Origin: a virus
Taxonomy: Duplodnaviria; Caudoviricetes
Length of the DNA: 41,683 nt
IMG/VR virus record: IMGVR_UViG_3300045285_000066
Location: 1-41,683 of that record
Strand: one strand, 5' to 3'
The notes beneath the pieces are model-generated. The model made no database searches. It was not told where the DNA came from and saw only the letters and a program-made list of their open reading frames with translations. Below, in pieces: positions 9,674 through 19,700 of this stretch. Every line of letters starts with the position of its first letter. Positions within the stretch are counted from its first letter, which is position 1. The position numbers were made by a program, and so were the translations under genes.

Positions 9674-12600
9674 GCCTGAGGGCCTTCTTCCTGTTCAAGC
9701 GCCTTGGGGCGGATTGAGCGAACACCTTGGCTTCGGAAACCAGGAGCCCGGGACGGCCAGAGAGTTCCAAAACATGCGCTTGCAGGACCCTACCACGGGC
9801 CGCAACCGGATGTCAAAAAGAAACGGGCAATCGAAGTACCTGACCTCTGCCCTAAAGGCCACCGGCACCAAGGTCCAGGATCTCCTCAGCTACTTCAACG
9901 ACAACCGCCTGGTTGCCTACTCGGCCTTCGCCTCGGGCTCGGAGACCACCACCTGGTCCACGGCTACGCCCTCCAAGAAGGACTGCCTGAACGTCAAGGT
10001 GGACCGCCAGGGCAACGTCTACGCGCTCGACGGCAACTCGGGGCTCGTCAAGTTCTCGGCCGACAAGGTGAAGCTCTGGCAGCTCACGCTCCCAGTCGGC
10101 GACACCAACCACATCATCCGCGCGCTGGCGGTGGACGAGTTCGACCGCATCTATGTCGGTGTGTCTGCGGGTGGCCTCCAGGACAAGGCGAAGCTCTGGT
10201 GCTACGAGCAGCTGCCCGACAACACGACCGCGCAGCTCTGGGAGATCACGACCAAGGCGTACGTCGAAGACGTGGTGGTGAGCCAGGGCAAGCTCTACAC
10301 GATCCAGAACGCGGTGGATCGCCTGCGCAGCTACGTGCGGGTCTACGACTTCATCGACGAGACGGCGCCTGAGCAGGTGCAGGAGTGGCGCGTGCCACAC
10401 CCTGCGAACTCGATCGCGGTGAAGGCTGATGGCTCAGTCGTCGTCGCCTCTGAGGCCGTCAACCCCACCTCGGGCAGCGGCTCAGACTTCAAGTGGCGAG
10501 CACAGGATCCGAAGTACCCGGAGCTCTCGATCGACTCGGTTGACTGGACGCCATACCAGCTCTCCAACTTCGACCGTCGCGTGTGGGCCTGGTACGTGGC
10601 CGACGACATCGACGCGACTGACGTGGCCAGCGACTTCCAGGATGGCGTCGAGATCTTGCAGTGGCGCGACCGCACCAAGAACCTGCGCCACCTCTATGCG
10701 CCGATCGGTGAGGGCACAACCGGAACCAGCGGCGACATCGGCCCGCAGCTCGCCCTCGACTCCGTACTCGGGCACCAGGGCGTGCGCTTCACGAAGAAGG
10801 GCAACACCTCGCCTCTCCAGGCGCTGCGCTCGTTGCCGAACGCTTCGATCGAGATCGAACTCGCCGACCAGCAGCGCACGATGCTGCCGGCGTACACGAA
10901 CTCGTCATTCGCGCTCTACATCGTCTGCCGGCCGTCGAAGAACGTTCCGCCGGGTGATAGCACGGTGCGCTGGCTGATCGGGCAGGACCGCACCAACACG
11001 GCCAGCGCGTCGCTCATCAACTATCTCTTCGTCAACGCTAGCGACACGAACCTGAACTCGCTGCCGCCGACCGCCAGCGCCGGCAAGCTCTTCTGGTTCG
11101 AGGGCGCGGATCCAACCTCTGGCGGCTCTGGCACTTCCGGCCAGATCAAGACCAAGAACTTCGACGGCGAAGACGGCAGGCTATGCGTCATCACGATGGT
11201 CTTCGATGGCCTGGTGGCTGGCGACACGCAGCAGTCGCTCTTCCAACTCAACGGCAACCCGGTGGACCTCTTCCAGAGCCTCGCGCAGGCGAGCTTGGAA
11301 CCGACCTACGTCGGCATCCACAGAACACCCTTCGCCAGCTCTCCGACGGCTCCCAGCGCTGGCGTCGCTGGGTACCTGGGAGACATCCTGGAGATCCTGG
11401 TGCTGGATCGTTCCGACCGGAACTCGGCCTCGGCGAACGTGCTCACCTACGATGCGCTCGAAGAGTCGAGCTCGCCGCAGACGCAGACGGTCAACGAGAA
11501 CACGAACATCCTCGGCTACCTGGAGCACAAGTACGGCGGGCAGTTGAACCTGCCCTCGGTCAAGGCGCCGAACAACGACTTCCCCCACCCCTACGGGCTG
11601 ACCGGCTCTTCGATCGACTTCGTGGCCGCCCCGCCTAACCAGGCCGGCACCGGCCCGAACGCGGCGCAGGGTCTCGCCAATAAAGCTTGGGGCAGCGTCG
11701 TCAAGTACAACCCGGAGGGCAAGATCCAGTGGTGCGCGAACGAGATGGAGCTGGAGTCCGCGGCGCGTTCTGGAGGCTACGGGTACGCGGTCGCCGTGAA
11801 CTCCGACGGCAACATCTACTCGATGGGTCCGAACCCGACCGGCGCCGCAGGGAACACGAAACAGGTCCGCATGATCGTGGACCAGGGCACGGACTTCTCC
11901 ATCGCCACGGCTGACGGTGCCTGGTCTGCTGACTTCGACGGCAACCGCGAGCAGGACTACCACTACCCGCGGATCGACGTTGACCAGTTCGACAACCTGT
12001 ACATCCCCTACAACGAGACCAGCGCCACGGCGGCCTCGGTGCGCGTCTACTCCAAGACCGGCACCGTCCTGCACTCCCAGGTGCTCGCCTCGCCGCAGAA
12101 CGCCACCGCAGTCGCGGTCGATCGCAAGATCCCCGACTACCGGAACGACCTGACGACGAAGACGGTCGAGCACGTGATCGTGGCTGGGCTTGCCGCAGAG
12201 CAAGACCTGGCGACACTCGTGAAGCTGCGCCTGGTGCAGGCAACACAGACCGGCGCCTCGCCGCGTGATCTGGTGACGCTCGGTGTGTCCGGTGGCGACA
12301 TCGTGAAGTTCACGACTGCGGGTGTGGTGTCGATCACGGGCGGCACAGGCGCTCTGGACGCCTCGGCCTACGTGCAGTCCACGACGCTCTACAAGAAGGC
12401 GTACTGGACGGACGGCAAGCACCTGAAGGTCTATGACTCGGTGACGAACGAGATCACCGACTACAAGAGCGAGGGGCCGGGGTCGATGCCTGACCGTTGC
12501 TCGTTGCTAGAGAGCTGGCGGGGTAGGATCGTCCAGGCGCGTAGCGCCGACGAGCCGCACAACTGGTTCATGTCCAAGAAGGACGAGCCCAACAACTATG

Positions 12601-13595
12601 ACTACTTCCCGCCCGTCCCCGGAGAAACCGATGCAGTGGCAGGGAACAATAGTCCCGCCGGACTGTGCCCCGACATTATCAACAGCGTCGTCCCCTATAG
12701 CGAAGATATATTGGTCTTTGGAGGTGATCACTCAATCTGGGCGATGGTTGGCGATCCTGCCGCGGGCGGGAGGCTTGAACTTGTATCCGACACGACCGGA
12801 ATGTCCTTTGGGAGACCGTGGTGTAAAGACCCGAACGGGGTGCTCTATTTCTTTGGATCAATGGGGGGAATCTTCAGGTGGGTGCCTGGTTCTAGGCCCG
12901 ACCGTGTAAGCGTCTCGAAGATCGAGCGCCAGCTCCAGAACGTCGATCTATCGACCCACTACATCCGCCTGATCTACAACCACCGCGACGAGGGGATCCA
13001 TATCCTCCAGCTTCCATTCGGTGCCGGTGGGACCCAGGTCAGCCACTGGTTCTACGAGCTGAAGACGGAGAGCTTCGCCAAGGACATCTTCGGCACGGAT
13101 ACCTGGACGAACGTGCAGCCCACCGCGGCGATGGTCATCGACGGGGATGCCTTCGACGATCGGACGGTGCTCTTCGGCGGCGAGGACGGGTTCGTCAGGA
13201 AGTGGGACCGGGACTCGAAGCGTGACGACACCAGACCGGACGGCTCCACGCCGATCGCCATCGATGCCTTCTTCACGATCTTCCCGCTGCCTGGCTTGCA
13301 GGAGGAAGACACGTCGCTGGAGACGCAGTTCTCCGGGCTGACGGTGGTGCTCTCGGAGGCTGGCGATGGAGCTAGCTACGAGCTCTTCGCCTCCGAGGAG
13401 CCCGAGAGCATGGGCCAGGTGCGGCGCAAGGGCACACTGATCCCTGGACGCAACCCTCCGAAGTGGGACCGAGTGACAGGCCCCTACTGCGGCCTGCGCA
13501 TCCGCAACGCAGCTCCGGACATGAGCTTCGCAGTTGAGAGGATGTACGTGAGATACTCTACCGCAGGGATGGCCAGACCAGGAAAGCCCCGATGA
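9672..13595 (+). CDS. Tail nozzle / tubular protein B (P22 gp10-like) with a large inserted domain
   Basis: Likely start MPEGLLPVQAPWGGL; N-terminal GGL...NMR...KRNG pattern and C-terminal beta-propeller-like repeats. Follows the adaptor gene. Confidence 0.7.
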   Translation: MPEGLLPVQAPWGGLSEHLGFGNQEPGTAREFQNMRLQDPTTGRNRMSKRNGQSKYLTSALKATGTKVQDLLSYFNDNRLVAYSAFASGSETTTWSTATPSKKDCLNVKVDRQGNVYALDGNSGLVKFSADKVKLWQLTLPVGDTNHIIRALAVDEFDRIYVGVSAGGLQDKAKLWCYEQLPDNTTAQLWEITTKAYVEDVVVSQGKLYTIQNAVDRLRSYVRVYDFIDETAPEQVQEWRVPHPANSIAVKADGSVVVASEAVNPTSGSGSDFKWRAQDPKYPELSIDSVDWTPYQLSNFDRRVWAWYVADDIDATDVASDFQDGVEILQWRDRTKNLRHLYAPIGEGTTGTSGDIGPQLALDSVLGHQGVRFTKKGNTSPLQALRSLPNASIEIELADQQRTMLPAYTNSSFALYIVCRPSKNVPPGDSTVRWLIGQDRTNTASASLINYLFVNASDTNLNSLPPTASAGKLFWFEGADPTSGGSGTSGQIKTKNFDGEDGRLCVITMVFDGLVAGDTQQSLFQLNGNPVDLFQSLAQASLEPTYVGIHRTPFASSPTAPSAGVAGYLGDILEILVLDRSDRNSASANVLTYDALEESSSPQTQTVNENTNILGYLEHKYGGQLNLPSVKAPNNDFPHPYGLTGSSIDFVAAPPNQAGTGPNAAQGLANKAWGSVVKYNPEGKIQWCANEMELESAARSGGYGYAVAVNSDGNIYSMGPNPTGAAGNTKQVRMIVDQGTDFSIATADGAWSADFDGNREQDYHYPRIDVDQFDNLYIPYNETSATAASVRVYSKTGTVLHSQVLASPQNATAVAVDRKIPDYRNDLTTKTVEHVIVAGLAAEQDLATLVKLRLVQATQTGASPRDLVTLGVSGGDIVKFTTAGVVSITGGTGALDASAYVQSTTLYKKAYWTDGKHLKVYDSVTNEITDYKSEGPGSMPDRCSLLESWRGRIVQARSADEPHNWFMSKKDEPNNYDYFPPVPGETDAVAGNNSPAGLCPDIINSVVPYSEDILVFGGDHSIWAMVGDPAAGGRLELVSDTTGMSFGRPWCKDPNGVLYFFGSMGGIFRWVPGSRPDRVSVSKIERQLQNVDLSTHYIRLIYNHRDEGIHILQLPFGAGGTQVSHWFYELKTESFAKDIFGTDTWTNVQPTAAMVIDGDAFDDRTVLFGGEDGFVRKWDRDSKRDDTRPDGSTPIAIDAFFTIFPLPGLQEEDTSLETQFSGLTVVLSEAGDGASYELFASEEPESMGQVRRKGTLIPGRNPPKWDRVTGPYCGLRIRNAAPDMSFAVERMYVRYSTAGMARPGKPR

Positions 13596-13801
13596 ACCTT
13601 TGGGAACGCCTCGACCGCTGGTACGCCTCGGCGCCTCGCCCGAGCGTTGCGGCATGGGATGAACTGATCGACGATCTGTACCGCGCGCAACAGGCCCTCT
13701 TCGGCGAGTACATCTCCCTGGGAAGCTTCGATCTCCGTCATCCAGTGGAAGACGTTGATCGGCTCTTCGTGGCCTGCGAAAGATGGGGATGGTTCCAATG
13801 A
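13592..13801 (+). CDS. Hypothetical protein
   Basis: ATGA coupling on both sides. Confidence 0.55.
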   Translation: MNLWERLDRWYASAPRPSVAAWDELIDDLYRAQQALFGEYISLGSFDLRHPVEDVDRLFVACERWGWFQ

Positions 13802-14139
13802 GCTTCAACCCCAAGACTCCGCAGCGCTTCTCTGGCCGTGCCGGCAGCACGTCGAGCGGTCGCCTGCGCCGTGCCCTAGACGGCCAGGTGGACTCCAGCC
13901 GCAAGTTCGGTGACACCCTGGAGGTGGACAAGGATGGGCGTCTTGGAACCCGCCTGGCGCGCGACAGCGGCCTCCAGATGACGCGCCAGGGACTGAAGCT
14001 CGACCCGATCGCGGTGGGCGACAAGAACCATGAACCCATGAAGTTCATTCGTGACCCGGTGTCCACGGCGGCTGCTGACGTTCATGCGACGCTGGTGGAG
14101 CTTTTGGCTGAGCTTCGCAGAAGCAAGAGGATGAAGTGA
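13798..14139 (+). CDS. Hypothetical virion-associated protein
   Basis: Start MSFNPK overlaps the upstream stop (ATGA). Confidence 0.6.
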   Translation: MSFNPKTPQRFSGRAGSTSSGRLRRALDGQVDSSRKFGDTLEVDKDGRLGTRLARDSGLQMTRQGLKLDPIAVGDKNHEPMKFIRDPVSTAAADVHATLVELLAELRRSKRMK

Positions 14140-14774
14140 AGCCTAGCCTCATCTGCATCACCGGCCTCATGCGCAGCGGTACCTCGCTGGTCGCTCAGAT
14201 CGTGCATCGACTTGGCTTCCAGGTGGCGCCATTCATCCCTGCCCCAATGCCGCCCAGCTGGCGCAGCGACTGGGAGGATCCTCGGATCACTATCGACCTC
14301 ATCCTGGGTGAGAAGATCGACTGGCACGAGTACATGCGAGGCCGCGCGCATCTCTCCAAGGCGACAGGCTTCCTTGGGCGCTACGCCATCAAGAGCCCGT
14401 ACCTCGCGCTGCGCTACGGCGCCATCAGCGAGGCAGCACCGGAAGCATTCTGGATCCGCTGTGAACGCCAGGAGGAGGCGGTGGATCGTTCCTTCAAGGC
14501 ACACCCGCAGCTGGATGACGTTGCCCAGTACCGCATCGACAAGGCGCTGCACACCTTCGACCCTCACATGATCGTCAGGTACGAGTACGTGCTCGAAGAG
14601 CCGCTGATGGCTGTCGAGCAGATGGCGAACACCCTCGGCGTTCACGATGTCGAACCCATCCAAGCCGCCGCCAACCTTGTCGGCCAACCTACGGAGTACA
14701 CATGCCCGCAATCCAAGATTCGGAAGTGTCACTACGCAAGAAACGCGGCTCGCGCCGCCAGAAAAGGAGGGTAA
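14136..14774 (+). CDS. Sulfotransferase-family (P-loop) protein
   Basis: ICITGLMRSGTSLVAQIVHRLG fits the PAPS-binding loop; IKSP and VRYEYVLEEP motifs also match. Confidence 0.75.
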   Translation: MKPSLICITGLMRSGTSLVAQIVHRLGFQVAPFIPAPMPPSWRSDWEDPRITIDLILGEKIDWHEYMRGRAHLSKATGFLGRYAIKSPYLALRYGAISEAAPEAFWIRCERQEEAVDRSFKAHPQLDDVAQYRIDKALHTFDPHMIVRYEYVLEEPLMAVEQMANTLGVHDVEPIQAAANLVGQPTEYTCPQSKIRKCHYARNAARAARKGG

Positions 14775-14778
14775 CTAT

Positions 14779-15558
14779 ACGCCCGCACTGATAGCTGCTC
14801 TCGTCGCCGGAGGTGCTGACTTCGCTGGAGGCATGCTTGGCTCTCGCGCTGCCCGCAAGTCGCGCCACAGGAAGTCTGCGCGCCTGAAGCGCGCAATCAC
14901 CACCACCCAAGCCATCCAGGGCAAGGGCCTCCAGCAGCAAGAGGCGCTGTCGCGTCTCGGCACCCAGCAGCAGCTCGCCGGCTACGACACGGCCCGCAAG
15001 GAGGCGTCACGTCTCGGCCGTACGGCGAAGCAGACGGCGCTCGATCGCGGGACGCAGCTCGAAGCCTCGGCCTCGCAGAACCTCGCCAACCGCGGCCTGG
15101 GCAGCACCACAGCAGGCGCCAACCTCTCGCGTGGCATCTCCTCGGACACCTCCAGGACGCTCGGAGGCATCGACGAGGGCCTGGCAGGGATCTTTGGTGA
15201 TCTCGCGCTCGGCCGCTCTGGCGTCGAGGCCCAGGGCACCCAGAACCTCGCCGGCATCGCCGGGCAGCGCACGGGCATGGAGTCGAGCCTGGCGCAGATG
15301 GGCTTGCTCGGTGGTCAGCAGCTCGGGCAGTTTGACATCGGACCCTGGGAGCAACCGAGCACGGCGCAGAACCTCTTGCACGGCATCAGCACTGGTGCCG
15401 GCGCGTTCATGGGCGGTCAAGGTGGTGGGCAGAACCAGATGCTCATGCAAATGCTTCAGGAGCTTTTCAGCCAGAACCAAGGCAGCCAAAGCGCGGCCTT
15501 CCGCGGCAGCGCGGCAGGTCAGGCGCCAATCCCGCAATCGTTCGGCGGATATTACTGA
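14779..15558 (+). CDS. Internal virion / DNA ejection protein (probable ACG start)
   Basis: G/A/Q-rich with hydrophobic N-terminus PALIAALVAGGADFAGGMLGS. AAGGAGG lies 8 nt before an in-frame ACG. Confidence 0.65.
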   Translation, partial: TPALIAALVAGGADFAGGMLGSRAARKSRHRKSARLKRAITTTQAIQGKGLQQQEALSRLGTQQQLAGYDTARKEASRLGRTAKQTALDRGTQLEASASQNLANRGLGSTTAGANLSRGISSDTSRTLGGIDEGLAGIFGDLALGRSGVEAQGTQNLAGIAGQRTGMESSLAQMGLLGGQQLGQFDIGPWEQPSTAQNLLHGISTGAGAFMGGQGGGQNQMLMQMLQELFSQNQGSQSAAFRGSAAGQAPIPQSFGGYY

Positions 15559-16712
15559 TGGCTAGGATCGAATCAGGGCTGGACAAACGCGACCCCGCGG
15601 AAGCGTTCATGACCACCTACGACTGGGCGCGGAAGAACCGTCTCCAGAACGAGGCTGGGCAGCGCGAGCAGGCGCAGCTCATGCTCCAGGTGCAGCAGGC
15701 GTACATGGAGAACCAGCGGGAGCAGGCTAAGTCCCAGCAGCTCCTGAACGAGCAGGCACAGATGGGGAGCGCCGAGGCGTTGCAGCAGCTCTCCATGCAG
15801 ATGCAGGCTGGCAGCCATCCGGGCGCCAAGATGCTCAAGGACGCGATGGGCACCCTGTCACGCATCAGCGATCCCAAGGCTAGGGCCGTTGGCGTGCAGG
15901 CGTTCCACGGCGCCATGACGGAGCTCCAGAAGCGCCATCACCAGAAGGCAGCCCATGGCATGCTGGAGGATGCCGGCAAGGACGGCGACGTGTTCCAGCC
16001 CGAGCAGGTTCAGGACTGGCAGTCGCGGATGCAGGCGGGCGAGGATCCGAAGGTGATCTCGAAGGAGGTCATGGGGCACCGCGAGAAGCACGCAACCGAG
16101 CTACACGACACCCAGGAAAACGAGGTCAGCTTCCAGCAGGCTCAGCAACTCGTGCAGGCCGCTCCTCCAGGCTACGGCAAGCGCGCGGCGTCTATCGCGC
16201 TCAACATGGCCATGTCCTCGACTGCGGCGCGTTCCAAGCCTGGAGCTGGTGCGCTGGCGCTGGGTGCGGTGCAGAAGGCTCTCTTGGGCACCGCCGACGA
16301 CTACGAGAAGCAGCAGCAGGCCCACAAGCAGCACCTTCAGGAGACCCTTGGTCCTGGCAGTCAGGCGCCTGGTCTTGGCGGCATGACGACCGGCGAGCGG
16401 ACCAAGGAGATGGAGAAGCAGCCGCACACCCGTCCGCTCATGCCGTTCGAGAAGCGCGACGCTGGCGGTGGCCCCAACATCCCGCCGCTGCAAGGCGTCG
16501 GCACTCACGCAACACTGAAGCGCGGCCAGCAGCCGGCGACGGCCTCCAGGCCCGGCAAGAACTCTCAAGTCTCGGCGCCTGCGCTGCCGAAGGACAAGAT
16601 CCTGGCGGCCAAGAGCGAGGAAGACCTGGTGAAGGCTCTACAGGAGTCCGGGGTGCCGCTGACGCACGCCAACCTGTCGGCCGCTGCGAACCTCTGGAGG
16701 CCGAGTGAATGA
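15558..16712 (+). CDS. Internal virion / ejection protein
   Basis: Q/A/M-rich helical protein in the ejection-gene position; TGATG coupling. Confidence 0.6.
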   Translation: MARIESGLDKRDPAEAFMTTYDWARKNRLQNEAGQREQAQLMLQVQQAYMENQREQAKSQQLLNEQAQMGSAEALQQLSMQMQAGSHPGAKMLKDAMGTLSRISDPKARAVGVQAFHGAMTELQKRHHQKAAHGMLEDAGKDGDVFQPEQVQDWQSRMQAGEDPKVISKEVMGHREKHATELHDTQENEVSFQQAQQLVQAAPPGYGKRAASIALNMAMSSTAARSKPGAGALALGAVQKALLGTADDYEKQQQAHKQHLQETLGPGSQAPGLGGMTTGERTKEMEKQPHTRPLMPFEKRDAGGGPNIPPLQGVGTHATLKRGQQPATASRPGKNSQVSAPALPKDKILAAKSEEDLVKALQESGVPLTHANLSAAANLWRPSE

Positions 16713-19700
16713 CGTCCAAGAGCTCGATCCGGCGAGTGCCGTAGACTTCCTGCGCAGCGCCAAGCCGCAGCAGACCCAGGAGCTCTCGCCGGAGGACGCG
16801 ACAGCCTTCCTGAAGGGCATCGCGCCGCCCGAGCCTCCGAGCACGCTGGGCGTCATGGCGGGCCGCCTGATGAGCATTGGGGCCAACACGGCCCAGGCCA
16901 TCGGCCAGCAGTTCGACGAGTTGGCCTCTACGGAGCCCGCCAGCAGGGGCGGCATGCGCCCGCTGGACGGTGGCACCAGCGGCTCCGGCCTCTCCCAGGG
17001 CTTCGCACAGCCAGCTGGGGCCTACGCCCGCGGACCGCAGATCGGCCAGAACTTCTCGGACACCGTAGGCGGAGCGCTGCGCCAAGGCGCTGAGGCCGTC
17101 TACCCGCAGGCGAGCCACGGGCGCGGAAGCTTCCTGTCTGAGGATCTCCCTGCTGCCGTCACCGGCATCATCCCCGCCGCTGCTCTGACGGCAACAGGCA
17201 ACCCAGCTCTAGGCGCCGCTGCGTTTGGCCTGGACGCTGGTGGGCAAGCCTACGACGAGACCCTGAAGAAGACCGGGGACCACGAGAAGGCCATGAAGGC
17301 GCTCATCGGCAATGAGCTCATGGCTGGTGGTCTGAGCGTCGTATCGCCTGGCGGCCGACTGGGTGCCGCGATCAAGAAGCTGGCACTGGCCGACAAGCTC
17401 ACCGGAGGCGCTGGCGGCAAGGCGACGCTCATCGGCGCGATCGGAAAGTCTTTCCTGGGTGGCGAGATAGCTGCCGTGGCCCAGTCCGCCTACCACGATG
17501 CACTGGCGGAGCACCTGACGGGCGAGGACGTAGACATCCTCAAGAACGCCGTGGGGGCAGCCACCGACCCGGCGAACGTCACCCTCAACTCCCTGACCTC
17601 GCTGGTTCACGGGATCGCCGAGTCGAAGGCCCGACTGAACGTTGCCGCCGAAGGAGAACGAGCTGCGACCGAGGAGGCCGCCAACACTTCGGAGATTCCG
17701 AAGAGTTCCCAGCCTCAGGTAGAATCGGAACTCCCCGCTGGCGTCCAAGCGCAGCAGAGCGCAACTGGCTCCGGGAGTTTATCGGGTGGGGATGCCGTGC
17801 AACTCGGCGTCCCGGCCGGGTCTGACAAGGGCGCCAGCGGGGGTTATGCCATCACCGACGAGCAGGCCCTGGAGCACGCCAAGCGCACCCGCTCCGCCGT
17901 CTACCGCAACCCAGGCTTCCAGACTGGCGAGAAGGCTGGCATCGCCAAGGGCTTCACGTCGGACGAGTACCGGGCGCTGTCGCGCGAGATGGACAGCCGC
18001 GCCCTGGATGCCGTCGAGGCCAAGGACGTACCGGCGCTGAAGGAACACGCGGCGGCCATCATCGCCAAGGGCGAACCTCCGATCACTCCCGAGGAGATCC
18101 AGAGCGCACGCGGACAGCTTGAGTTGCGCGCCCGCGTGGCTGGCGAGAAGGTCACGCCGCAGACACGCATGTCGGATCTCGTTCGCAGCCTGCGCGAGCT
18201 CGTCAACGAGCACAAGGCGTCACTTGAAGAGAGCCCATCGGACAGTGCGGACTCCATGCCGGATGTCATCCAGCGTGCGGAGCGTGTGCTGGCCAACAGA
18301 CGTGACGCAGGCGTGGCCGAGACTGAGATGGACGCCACGCTTGGGGACCTGCTGCACGCTACAAAGCTGCCGCCCGAGACGGAGTTCGGTTCACGCAAGG
18401 AGAAGGCGCAGACCGACTACCTGCTGGCCGCGACCAAGAAGGCGCAGGCCATGCTCGATGTCTTCGACGCAGCCAAGAAGGCTTCGGCAGGCGAACGACC
18501 GCCAACTACTAGCAAACTACCAGAAGCTACTAATTTAGTAGTTGAGCCTCAGGCTGCGCCCAAGCCAGACGAGACGCAGCAGCTCGTCTATGGCGGCCTG
18601 CCGCCGCTCTACGAGACCAAGAACATCACCGGCGCCAAGGTCAAGGAGACCCTGACTGACGGCCTGCGCAAGCGTGGTGCCTCACCAGAGCAGGCAGCGC
18701 TTGCCGTGGAGCGTGCCTCCGGCGAAGTGAACGCCCAGGCCACCCAGGCCAAGATCGCCTCCAGGCGCCTCCAGCGCGCCATGACGAAGGAGTGGGGGCG
18801 CAAGGCTGCCGAGGGCCAGGAGGCGCAGCAGCGCATCCAGGACGCGCTGACGGACCCTGAGAAGATGATGGCGCTGCCGGAGGGCATCCGTGCTGCGGCG
18901 CTGGAGCTCCGTGCGCACGCCGACGCCAACGCGCGCACGATCGTCTCCGAGGGCATGGTGGACACGCCGATGGCCAAGACCTTCGAGAAGAACATGGGGC
19001 GCCACCTGCGCCGCCAGTACCAGGCGCACTCGGATCCTGCCTGGGCTCAGAAGATCGAGCCTGATGTCAGGAACCGCCTGAAGTCCCTGCTGGTCTCCTG
19101 GTCCGAGGAGCTGACGCCTGCGAAGGAGCAGGAGCTCAAGGGCAAGATCGCGGACAAGAAGGCGCCGACGATGGCGCGGCGCGAGGCCGAGTTCGAGCTC
19201 GGCAGCCGGCAAGCCCTACAGGGCAAGAGCGAGGACCAGATCGTCGCGCAGATGGAGCACATGCTCGCCGACGCCAAGGCCGTCGCCGACAACCCCTGGG
19301 CAGCCATCGGCAGCTCCAAGGTCAAGCGCAAGGATCTCTCGCTCTTCAAGGCCAGGAAGGGCATGCCCGAGGAGATGCGTGCGTTCCTGGGGGAGGTCAA
19401 GGATCCGCGGGTCAACTACGTCACGACGATCATGAAGCAGGCGCAGCTCATCGCTGCGCACCGGAAGTTCCGCGAGATGCGCGCTGACGGCATGGGCAAG
19501 TGGCTCTTCGAGGAGCCAACCGTCAAGAACGGCACCAAGTACGTGGCCGAGGTGTCAAGCGGCAAGAACCCTGCGCTGGAGCCGCTGACCAAGGGCAAGC
19601 CGCTCTACACGACAGAGGAGATCAAGAAGGCGCTCTTCGATGTGCAGCCTGCTGCGCAGAGCAAGGCGATGCGCTGGGCAATCGCCGCGAACGCGCTCAT

